DNA from: Dicyema japonicum
Taxonomy: Eukaryota; Animalia; Dicyemida
DNA length: 64,000 nucleotides
Assembly (NCBI GenBank): GCA_011109175.1
Contig: RDEW01000001.1
Coordinates: 2,049,485 to 2,113,484, forward strand
Direction of reading: 5' to 3'
Position 1 is the stretch's first letter, and the number at the start of each line of letters is the position of its first letter. Below the pieces are notes generated by a model. The model saw only the letters and a list, made by a program, of their open reading frames with translations. It had not been told where the DNA came from and ran no database searches. Shown here in pieces: positions 49,843 through 61,154 of the stretch. Made by a program: the position numbers and the translations under genes.

Positions 49843-50390
49843 ATTATTAATTGCACTCCCGAGAAGTCATAAAGTTAAGTCCTATTGTGCCGCCGCGTAA
49901 ACAACAATTCTGCTCCACATCTCCTTTTTGCCAACTCTCAAGTTTACGAGATTTTCAGCATTCTCAAGTTTCCTTCGATAATTTTTAGACCTTGGTTCAA
50001 CAATGATGGTGGTGCTGTTTTGGTCTTTTATGGAATTGGCCTCCGCATTGCGTAATGTATATTTCCATTGAAATGATAAGAACACCGGGCAAAGATGTGG
50101 TCACTGTTGGAACGCATCGGAATCACGTGATAATTAGTTTGTTTTATTGTGGTCTTTGGTTGTTAAATAAGTAAATGTTGGTGGGAATGCAGACGTCCAT
50201 CCGCAGAATATGTTTCCATCTAGATTGCAGAATTTCACTGACAAAATTTGTGAATTGCATTTCCTGTATAAATTAGTGTTCGAAATCTTTAGCGGATATC
50301 CTATCCTGAGTGCCACACGGAGCTGGGGTCTATGAAAGTTCTATGATTCTGGGTTTCATTTGGGTGAGGTGGTGACGTGCCTCTGTCTGC
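49843..50390 (-). mobile_element. RTE 3' portion with an adjacent inverted 5' motif
   Basis: ALRIGYPLKISN..LY, GGGAGTGC end and (TAA)n tail; 5' motif on the opposite strand at 50366-50378. Confidence 0.65.
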
Positions 50391-51153
50391 TACCTTTAGA
50401 GTCATCATATCAGCGTTTGGTGCCTCCAATAACCAAGACGACAGTGGAAATCACTATAATGATAATTTTTATATTATCACCCTACCTAGTACACCACAAT
50501 GTGTTTTAACAAGTCTATATGAACAAATCGGACAATCTAATTTGTTTTTATTCCATATCATTGATGACCACAAGATCTCCTTTCATGGTCCTTCTTCAAT
50601 ATCTGACTGATCTTTAGAAATATCCGTTTTTTATTGTTTTTTTCTTGTTAACCACAGGTTTCCTTCGTTTTTTGGTTCAATAATAATAATAAGAACCGGG
50701 GTATTTAAGAAAGGAGGAAACCAGTCAAAATATGCAAAATATAATTATAAAGACTTTAATGTCTCATTTGACAGAAGAGATCATTTTATAAAGAGGATAT
50801 ACAAAATGATTTCAGATAAAATGATAGAGACCCGTAAGAAATAATGACAGAAAATATAATTTTATTATGTGAATTAAATTAATATTTGAATAATTAAAAA
50901 TAAAATTTGTTACCAAAATAACAAAAATGTTAAAAGATAAAGAATGTGTGAATTTACTAAATTACGATAAAAACTCGTTATCAGCACATTCAGGTTTCTT
51001 AATGACGTAATAGAGACTATATAAGATAATTATAAATTTATAGCTTTATATTAAAGCGTGTACTGATATGTAGAGTGTACTAATATTACTATAGCAACAT
51101 TGATCTAAAATTTGAAATTCGCTAACTTTTGTTACAATTTGTTATTGGCAGAT

Positions 51154-53378
51154 ATGGGAGGCTCAGATATGGAAGAAGTAACAGAATTGTCATCTAAACG
51201 GACAAAACGAAAGAAAAAGACGTTTTTATCAATTTAACATTTAAGGAAACCAAAAATCTGCATTGACTTATGCAGATACAAAGCAGGTATTTTTAATATT
51301 AAATCAGTCCGAAATACGGCAATCAAATTTGGTTTTGAAATTGTAAGTCAAGACGATGATTGGAACCTTCTGTGGACTGATTCTTCTATTAATATTGACA
51401 GACTCTTTTATCTAAAGCCACATCAGGTCACAACTTATAAAATATGATAGAAAGTAAATCATTTTGCAGGAATGGTTGAAATATGTCGTAAGGACTTTCT
51501 TAATAGAAATTTAATGAAAATGAGAAAACTATTTCCAAAAGAATATAACTTTTTCCCTAAAACATGGAATCTGTCCGCAGAGTAATGGTTTTACTTTAAC
51601 AGTTATGGAGATTTGTTGTCATACATTTCTTCTAAGAAAGGAAAGACATACATTATGAAACCTGACACTGGTTGTCAGGGAAGGGGAATTTGGATGACAA
51701 AAAATACACGTGAAATAAAGCCAATTTCAAACACAATGTGTCAAGTATACATTTCGAGGGTTCAACTATCATATAATTAAGCCACTTTTGATTGATGGAT
51801 TCAAGTTTGACCTTCGATTATATGTTTTGCTTACCTTTTGTGATCCACTAAGGATTTTTCTTATACAATAATGGACTGGCCCGATTCTGCACGGAAAAAT
51901 ATAGTGAACCTAGTTCAAAGAATATGGTATATTATGGTGTAATAACAGTCAACCAATATATGCACTTAACAAATTATGCAATTAATAAACTCAGTGATAA
52001 GTTTGTGGTGGACGAAGAGCTTGGTAGTAAACGACATGCAATCTCAATGATGAACCATCTATCGGATTTGGGATATGATACAATTAAAATAAAATCGGAT
52101 ATTAATGATTTGATCATTAAAACGATAATATCAATCCATCCGAATCTTAAACAGAATTACCAGGCTTGCTTTCCCTCCCCCGATTGTAACAGTAGTTGTT
52201 TTGAGATTCTCGGGTTTGATATTCTCATTACGGAAAAACAAAAACCAATTCTCATAGAGGTTACACTTTAGTTGTATAAAAGGTCAATTTGTCTCCAAGT
52301 TTTCATACAGATGCTCCCGTTGACGTAAAGATTAAAGAAGGTCTCTTAATGGAGGCATTTTCACTCATTTCAATCGGTTCGTTCAAGAAGAAGAAGATAA
52401 ATATGGAAGAGAGACGTAAAATGCAGGAAAGACTATCTCAAACGGAAATCTATAAGAGTAACAAGTAAATGAATGAACTATAAGAATAGGGAGGAGTTAT
52501 TAGAAAAACAACAAAAATATTTGTTGAAATTACGAGTGATGGAGGACAGGAGACTCAAGAATTTTGAGAGGATTTATCCTAAAGACTCAGACTATCAAAA
52601 GTACGACAAATACTTTGATAGTATTGGATCCCTTTATAAAGAAACTGTCTCATATAGGGCACGTCTTAATTGTGCAAAGTTGGTAAACGTGGTGATTTAA
52701 GACAAATGAGGGAAAAGATAGCACAAGAGAGAGACAAAATTTATAAGAAAAAACCAACTTCACGAGCAGGCATATCTGAATGTGATGAGGGGAATTGTCT
52801 AAAGCATGAAATTAGACTAAAGAAGACAAAACAAGTGGATTGTCTAAAGTATTGTAGACAACTCCTCATACTAAACTACGTGCAATGTCAAGGATATCTG
52901 CTTTTGGGATTCGTTCGCAAGACAAAACTCCTGATTCTCAATCTGATGTATTGTCAATAAACAGTTTAGACAAACAAGAGTAGACTCAAAATTATTAATG
53001 ATAAATTCACAGTTATAAAAAACCCAAACACTCTTTACTGGGATCTCTTCGGGCCTAAATCACGAGGAACTGAGAATTATGTGGAAATAAGAGTTGATTG
53101 ATTTAATAACACAGAATGAGAATTATGCTAGACAAAACGTCGTCCGTAAAAATATGGAAAATAATTTGATAAAAAAGATATTTGGTTCTCCTCAGGAAAT
53201 TCAAAATTGTTTGATTGAGAAAAAGAGCACATGTTCTACTCCCACAGAATATAGATTGAACAGATCAGGTTAGTCAATCATATTATTATAATCAGTCAGT
53301 GCACGAAAACCACCACTTTCAGTTGTCGCAACAAAGATGTTATTAATACCAACTGATAGCACGTGTTCAAAGATATAA
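51154..53378 (+). CDS. TTLL6: Tubulin polyglutamylase of the TTLL6/TTLL13 family, many micro-introns
   Basis: KVNHFAGMVEICRKDFLNRNL, FFPKTW, KPDTGCQGRGI, KFDLRLYVL, HLTNYAINK, CFEILGFDILI, EVNLSPSFHTD, FERIYP. Confidence 0.92.
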
Positions 53379-53441
53379 TATTATTTTAAATTACCTTTAT
53401 TAAAAAGACCAAACTAATTAAAATTATTAAAGTAACTTTAA

Positions 53442-54395
53442 TTAAAACATGAAATACTCTAAAGCAAATTGTGGAAGAACAAAGGCTGATTTATGAATGC
53501 TTGAATTGTAAAAACAAAGTCCCAGTCTTTCAGCTTCCTTGTAGTCAAAATGGTGCAAAGGTTTGTCCAGAACACAATTCTTGGTGGTAATTGAAAACTA
53601 CTTCATTCTTAGTAGCAATGTTAAAACCAATCTGTCCTGTTGTATATGTTGGCATCATAAAGTAAGCGAATTTAGATGATGCAAACATTTCCTGTAAAAA
53701 TCGTTGAATAGTGAAGATTTCTTTCAAATCTAACCAGAGAGACCCACCTAGTTACTATTCATATAATACATTGACTGCACAAAACTCCATCTTTAGTGAG
53801 AATACGGTGGATTTCATCATAGTAAGGTCGACAAAAGAGATCAATTGCTGGTCCCACTGGATCACTTGAGTCTGTAATTACTACATCAAAGGATTCTGAT
53901 GGAGAATTCTTTACAAATTGTATTCCATCTTCAAAACAAATTTCCACCTTGTTGTCCACCAATCCCTTAGCCAAATGCGGGAAAAACTTTAAACTAGCAT
54001 CAACAACCCCCAAAATAATAAAAATAAGTAACTTTATCAATTTCACACAAAACTATCTTCTCAACTCCCGGGAATCTAGACACTTCCCTTGCTGTTCCTC
54101 CATCACCACCTCCAATAATTAAAACATTTTTAGGATTGGGGTGAACACTCAAAGGTAAGAAGGCAATCATTTCGTGGTAAGCAAACTCATCCTTTTCTGA
54201 GCATTGAATTATTCCATCAAGAGTCATTATATTTCCATATTTTTTACTTGTAATATTACACATCGAATACTTTTTGATTACTCGAATATTTTGAAATTCT
54301 GATTTAACAGAATAAAGATCTTTATCAATTTCTACACTGAATGACTCTCCAGGCCACATGTCTGATACTTCGGTTATCCAATTCTTATTTTCCAT
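53442..54395 (-). CDS. SRM: Spermidine synthase
   Basis: WPGESFS, LDGIIQCSEKDEFAYHEM, VLIIGGGDGG, DVVITDSSDPVGPA, YNSSIHKSAFVLP. Confidence 0.95.
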
Positions 54396-54479
54396 CAAGT
54401 AAATGCTCTATCAAATTTATTATTTAAATTTTATAATTTATTTAATAAATAACATAATCAATAATTTTTGAATATTTTA

Positions 54480-55000
54480 CCCTTCTCAGTCGGATTTGGA
54501 AAACGATCAGTTGCTAAACTAGAGTTCATTGTATATAACTAGGAATCAGATCTTTCAGCAGTGTTTACACTTTTCAGAAACCTGAGGCAAGATGGAATTT
54601 CAGTTTCCGGATATTTAATTAAAAGCATTGCCAGAACTATCAGACTCGGATGAATTTTTAAAATTTCAAAGGCTCAAATGGGGATTATCAATTCTTAAAT
54701 CTTAGTATTCAAATGTCATCTATGAAGCAATTTGCATCGACAATATGAAAATTATGAGACTTTGCTAAGATCATAAATATGCAACAAGTTATCGTATTTA
54801 TTGGAGATGCCTGGAATCGAATAACTAGGGACACAATAAATAATTGTTGAAATAAAATAGACGAATTTAAAAAAATTTTCCCGAAATTTGTCCTATCATT
54901 CAATCTGAACTTTTGAAGACTCATATTTCAAGTTTTATGGACGTCGAATTCAATGGAATTGAAAATAACACACAATTATATGCTGGGTATGATTAAATTG
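54480..55000 (+). mobile_element. pogo/Tigger transposase remnant; another TA-CAGTAAAGTCCC TIR lies near 55030
   Basis: DGISVSGYLIKSIA...FKGSNG (HTH) and DAWNRITRDTINNC (C-terminus). Confidence 0.6.
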
Positions 55001-55134
55001 AAAATAATAGCTTTAAAGACAAAATAAGTACAGTAAAGTCCCTTAAATTGGCCAAAAATTGTTTCTGAACTATTTGTTGCCAATTTGAGAATTTGGCTAA
55101 TTTAGTAATTTGAAACGTCTGGGTACTTTTTTTT

Positions 55135-57265
55135 AATTAAAAAACCAAGAATCACCGACAAAATAAAGGAAGGTAGGGGCCGTCAGGTGATCCCGGCCTC
55201 CTTGACCACCAAATAAAGGAAGGTAGGGGCCGTCAGGTGATCCCGGCCTCATCTTTCCTCGGTGTTCCTCCCGAGTGCCGACACACTTCCTGTATGGACG
55301 AATCATTTTTCGGAAGTTTATGGGTTTTGGTTGAGCTCCCGTTCTCCTTATGAGTTCCTCGAACGGGGTCGGTTTTAATGACGATCTTTGTAGAGTTTTC
55401 GTTACTGTCTCTTGGAAGGAGTTTAATTTTTTAGGTTGGTTTGGGATATGTTATTACCCCATGCCGCGCAGCAGTAACTGATTGACGGTAGTATGTATTG
55501 GTAGTAGAGATGATCTACTGTTGGGTGGAATTATCTCTTGTAGTATCCAAGTAGCGTATTTACAAAGTTTAATTTTCTCTGGGAAGAGGAAATTATGTTG
55601 CTCACATATTTTCTGAAGGTAATTAGTTGGTCATATGCGACCCCCAGTATTTTTGTTGAATTTGCGGAGGGGATTGTTATTCCATTTCGGGTCAATGGAG
55701 GTGCCGAGTTAGTCAATCTTCTATTGGAAGTTAAGATCATAGAGCACGACTTTTCAGGACTTGTGTGTAGTTAATTTCTCGTAAGCCAACAGTTCAGGTT
55801 ATCCAGTAAATCTAGTTAAGTTGGTACACGCTGTGTAGGATGCACTAATCTGTGTTCCCATGATTAAGTCGTCAGCGTAAGCAATAAATAGGGTATCGTC
55901 TCAACCATAGGAAGGCATGTTGCTCATGAATATGTTGAAAAAAATCGGAGAAAGGGGATCCTTGATCTCCGTTCGGCAGAAATTTTGTGACTGAAGATAT
56001 GGAATGGGAGATTACTCTCCTTCTTCGTCTGTTGAGGAAGTCAGCTAGCCAAATTTTCAGGTTGTTCGAAATGTTAGAGCCATGAATTTTCCTAGTGAGC
56101 AGTTTCCTCGGTATCGAGTCAAAGGCCTTCTGTATGTTGATGGTTACACATAATAGTCTTTTGATACCGAGGTTTGCGTTGAAGGCCTTCCTTGATGAAT
56201 TTTGTCAAGCAAGTAAGTTGGGTAATTATGAAACGAGTCTTCTTAAATCCATGTTGGATGGATACATCTTTGAAAAAAGGTTTAATCTGATCGAGAATGA
56301 GTTTTTCCAGGATTTTGGAGGTGGCACACAGGAGGTATATTGGTCTGTACAAAGCTGTTGAGTCCTTTGGCCGTCCAGATTTTAAGATGGGCCGAATATG
56401 GGATAATTTCCATAGAGTAGGAATCGAGTTCCACCTGATGGAGAGGTTGCAAATTCTAGTCAAGGCCAAGATGGTGTAGGGGCTTATCATCTTAAGTACA
56501 ATAGAGGGAATTCCATCTGGACCACAAGGTGTACATAAGGTTATTCCAGTTTCTTTCCTGTTTCATCTTAGCCTTGTATCTAATCTCTCTCCAAGGTTCG
56601 GATCCTCGTCTTGGTTTCCCAAGATTGTTTCTGTAGGCTTTAGGCAATTTCTTTCTTTCGTAAGAGAGTCGGATGCACGAGAAGGCATCTTCGTGAGTTG
56701 GCTTTCTTTCGATAAAAGTTCTCATGCCCTCACGCAGTACACCATTGAAGTAGATTAAAGCATTATCGAGAGAGTTGAAGTTTTAGAGTCAAAATCATAC
56801 AATTTATAGTCGACAAAGTGTGAGAATAAACTTAAGTTGACATTTTTGTAGTCTGGTCGTAACATAGCTTTTTTCAATGGACAATCATCCTTTGAACGTG
56901 ATGATGGGGTTATGGTCACTGGTAGTGTCTTATGACACTGACCAACTGATTAGGGCGGAAGCAAGCGTCAGATCAGAGGAGGACGTTCTGTCGTTTGCTC
57001 TGTAAAGGGTTCTTGAGCTGAATGTGGGATTGTTTAATTTCATAAGTTGATTCAGCGTCGATAGCAAGTGGGTTTCTCTGGCGTCTTTCGGTTGGTTTTC
57101 GAACCACATCGGATGTTTCGCGTTCAGGTCTCCACATTCTAATAGGTTATTGGGTTGGACGATGTCTGGCAGTGCGAAGCTGTATCCTTTGAGGCACTAA
57201 CTGAGAGGAGATACATAAAGGTTCAGTACAATGAGGCATTCAATGTTGGTTGAAATTTTGATGTA
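55135..57265 (-). mobile_element. Ingi/Jockey-group LINE (APE end, RT, 3' UTR), degenerate
   Basis: GDLNAKH, DHKPII, YRPIYLL, QHGFKK, YADD, AKILGV; duplicated 3' module. Confidence 0.85.
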
Positions 57266-57276
57266 TTCAATTAAAT

Positions 57277-58018
57277 CAAAAATTTATTAACAATAAAATA
57301 TTATTTATTAACTATGGGGGAGAGCGGCTGCTGACATCACGGAGTAAGCGTTTCCGCGAATAACTGCGATACCAATTCTTTGCCTCAGCCAGACCGCTTC
57401 CCGCACGTCTTTCTTGCGGTGGGCCAATTTTCCCCCGATTTCCTTTAGGAAAGAGGCTGTAATACTTCCAGCCGCACCAGACGTCTCGATTGCTATCGGT
57501 ACAAAACGGTAGCGGTCTCCAATTTCGCCATATTTTTTAATCTTGATTTTTTCGGCCAGATCGGCTGCCGATCCAGCAGACTGCGCCGAGCTGAGCATCA
57601 TCGAGTTCGAGAAAGAATCCACAACAGTGCAGTCCCATACGAGCGATTTTCCCTCAGTGAACGGAAAGATAGTTAACCCATCCGGTCTTTTCCCATCTCC
57701 GCGGTCCAATCCCACAGGTTCCAATACTGCCGGGAAGCCTGCCGCTTCAAGAGCTCGCAAGACAATGTTGTTCATAGCAGCATGGCGGGGTGCTCTGCCC
57801 GCACTCCTTTTGCACGAGAGCGGGTGCAGCCCTTTGGCATCGACGATCCCTCCACAGCGACATTGGTGTTCGACGCAAACATCAGCTCCCAGGCGTTGTG
57901 CGATTCCAATCCGAATACAGTCATCGTCCAATAGGGTCCCCAGGGAAACGGGAGTGCATCCAGCCACGCTCCGCTCCCATGGTTGGCGGCGGACACGAGG
58001 CATGCAAGACGATGCTGG
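57277..58018 (-). mobile_element. 5'-truncated CRE-like element, near-identical to 29140-30195
   Basis: Sequence identity; 11-bp TSD TTCAATTAAAT (57266-57276, 58019-58029). Confidence 0.92.
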
Positions 58019-58188
58019 TTCAATTAAATAACATAAAATCCATAATCAATTAATTAACATGAAACGTGTTTGATTAAGTTATATTAAAGAACACTAAATC
58101 AATATATAACTGAAGTGCTCTGCAATTCAAAGACGAATTCGAAATTTAGAATAACTGTTTCCTATGGAGTAAGATAGTCCACTCATCA

Positions 58189-59040
58189 TTATTATTAATA
58201 CCCCCAGAATCACTGGGTCAAAGAGAAAGAAATAAAATTTCTCATCTAACTAAGTGATCCCTGACCGACAAAGGAGAAGACGAGTCCGGCGGGGTCGAGA
58301 ATTCTGAACAGCTCTTCTCATTGGACATGGCATCGGCTCAAAATTTCTGTATGACTAGATATTTCGATAGTGTATGGAATAGAGGGCTGCTCGGTAAAAT
58401 AGCCTCTTTTAAGAGTTTCCATTGTAATTCGATTAAGAGATTTTCAATGGGCTGGATTTTGTGTTCTGGTCCAATTAACCTTATTGCAGTCTCCTCGATT
58501 GCAGATAGTTTCAATGAGGGGGATCGTGAAATCTGCATTGCCCACGAAGGACTTCATCATCGTTGGTCGGATAAATTGTTCATAAATCGTGGCAAGGCAA
58601 CCAGTTTGGTCTCTAAGTGTTTTTGAGAGCACTTTTAAAATTCTCATTTCCTCAAAGCAGAAGTTACTATGTTCTCAACATGTCGGATAAAGGTGATCAA
58701 AGGTGACTCCCAGAATCTTCTGTGTTTTGTTAATAGGAATAGCTTCGTTCTTCATAACGATTTTTGGTTTGACAGCGTGACAGAGTACTTTGTTGCTGAT
58801 GCGTCGAGTCTCCGCTTCGAGAGCCATAGTTCCAGCTTGTCAAGCATTTGTTGAGCGGACTGAGTCGCTGATTGAATGCTTCTGTCCTTGGAGGCAAGAA
58901 TGATATCCTCGGCATAGGAGAGGATTAGACAGTTTTCATTACAGGTTTGTGCCATGTCGTTTATGTAGAGATTAAAGAGTTGGGGTAATAGTGGAGAGCC
59001 TTGAGGGAATCCATTTGGAAAGTAGCTTGATCTCGAGTAG
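58189..59040 (-). mobile_element. Ingi/Jockey-group LINE 3' part
   Basis: PQGSPLLP.LFNLY, SYAEDII, (TAA)n tail. Confidence 0.85.
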
Positions 59041-59279
59041 TAGTCGATTCATCAAAAAAATTTAGATATCTTTTTAGAGTTACCGATACTAAATATCTAA
59101 ATATCTTTACATGTTTTAATGTTTCTTTTTTTCAAAAATTAAAAATTTTTAAGTCTATATTTTTTTAAATAATATATTTTGTGATTTATAAATGCAATAA
59201 TGCTATTTTAAGTGCTATATTTTAAATCTTTTTACTGCTATAAAAAATTGCCCTAGTAATAATGTTAGAGATAACAAGG

Positions 59280-60520
59280 GTGGAATAAGATTTCAATAGT
59301 TCCGCCAACCTTGCACATTTTTCCTTCCAATCATTGGGGAATTAGCATACGAGGAGTTATCTCGTAAGCAAGTTTTAGAGCAAAATTAATATATCAAGAT
59401 TTGTGTACGTGGGTTTTCTGGGGAAGGAAATTTACTCATTACAATGTTGAATACTGGAGGACTGAGCACTAAACCCTGAGTGAGTATTGACTTCCCTTTG
59501 TTCTTGTAATTGGAAACAATGTTTGTTTTGTCAGAGGTTAGATTAGTATCAACGGTAGACGTTTTCTCGTCCATTTGGGCTGAAAAATCACAGGGATGTG
59601 TGGATTTTTCCCAACCACTTTTAACATCTTCGCGAGAGATCTATTCCAATCTTTAACCCACTTAACGGATCAAAACACCACCTTAGTCATGTCTTTTGTT
59701 CTTCTTTCCTCGAAAGCTGCCTTTGCTGAAGCGCAACCACCGCAACAAGCCAAATGGCCACTGTTCCGCAGTTAATGCATTTCTTTTCACTGTCCTTAGC
59801 CAAACAAGAGTTCATATTGTTCTCTCCACCAAAAAGTAAGTATCTTTCCTTTTCCTTACAGAAATTCGCATTTTTGGCATCGAGAGCCTAGTCATCGGTT
59901 TCATGTACAATTCAAAACGAACTCTGGACCCCAAACACCATCCACAATCTCACGAGTGACGTGGCTTCCGCCATAGACTTCAAAGTTAATTTTCAAAGAA
60001 GACTGCGCATGTTTTTTATGAAACGTTGGTAAGAGAAACCAGATCATAGAGTTTCTGCAAGTCATCATCTAAGACTCAGATAAGATCCCCTTCACAACAA
60101 AAGTGGAAGGATATAGGACGGAAGTGGTATAAACATGTGCATCAATACCAAGTGGCTCTTTCAAACCAAAAATATAGACAAAAACGTCTATATACTCTTT
60201 TGAGGAGAATTCAAGAATTAATATCCTTAGTGTAATTTGTGCCTTACTGACTGTTTCTGAGTTTGATTGAATTTTAAAACGTTTAATCCGTCCCATAGCC
60301 ATTTTTTTAATTTCTAGATTCATTATAAGTGAATCATTGGTCAAGGTAGACGAAACAGCTTGTCCCGGCACAACATCCCCATATAGTGGTGGGTATTTCA
60401 ATCCCCTTCTTGGATATTGACTTTGCTGCAAGTTTATCTTATTAGTGAGTTTTCCTTTTTAGTTGTACTGCTTTATTATACAAGATTTGATCTTGGATAG
60501 ATTTTTCGATTGTAAGGGAT
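59280..60520 (-). mobile_element. LINE with gag-like ORF1 (CCHC knuckles) and a heavily deleted ORF2
   Basis: VVKGI, RCQKC, KCINCG..GHLA...GC; then an APE-end fragment and PQG/LSP..FN. Confidence 0.7.
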
Positions 60521-60563
60521 ATCTGTTTGCAGAGCGCAGATGTGATGATTATTCATTCGATTA

Positions 60564-60714
60564 TTTATTTAATTTATTAACTCCGAAATCACGAGAAAAA
60601 AGATAAAAATTATCGTCTAATTAAGTGATCCCGGTGTCCATACCAGTGCTTTTCCTGCGGTTAGTTTTGGAGTCCTGGATTAATCTCCACAGCGGGGAAG
60701 GATTCTTCTCATTT
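60564..60714 (-). mobile_element. 151-bp LINE 3' terminal fragment
   Basis: TSD TTCGATTA (60556-60563, 60715-60722); matches 19365-19497. Confidence 0.8.
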
Positions 60715-60815
60715 TTCGATTAATGTTTGAAGTTAAATGAATGCTTATCATAAAAGTATATAATTTAATTTATTATAATATTTAAACTTAATAACTTTAA
60801 ACACATTGTGTATTG

Positions 60816-61101
60816 ATGCTTGGTGAGTCACCTTTAATTCCTCCTGGTTTCATCTATTACTTAAAGAGATCGAGTAATTTTTTTATATTCGATAGAATCA
60901 GAAAATTTTAAACTAAGTCCTGGAGCTGCAGTCTATTTGTCAGCAGTCTTAGAATACATGCTGAACACTATATTGCGTTCTTCTGGAGAGATTGCCGTAG
61001 AATCTAACAGTAATTGTATTACTATCCACCACCTTATTGACTCAATAAAGAAGGATGAGTTGATTCTGGAATTGTTTAAGACTAAAATTATACCAAAATG
61101 A
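60816..61101 (+). CDS. Short, highly divergent histone H2A-like protein (87 aa, one 22-nt intron)
   Basis: Exons 60816-60873 and 60896-61101 give MLGESPLIPPGFIYYLKRSKSENFKLSPGAAVYLSAVLEYMLNTILRSSGEIAVESNSNCITIHHLIDSIKKDELILELFKTKIIPK*. AAVYLSAVLEY and HL...I..DE align without gaps to H2A. Confidence 0.8.
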
Positions 61102-61154
61102 GTTTATTTCTTTATTCTTAAAAATTACGGCATTAAGACCTAATACTGTTAAGA

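Noticed and set aside
624-54395. Ciliate origin with TAA/TAG read as Gln (similar intron sizes)
   Set aside because: Intact genes have no in-frame TAA/TAG in exons, end in TAA, and include animal-type genes.
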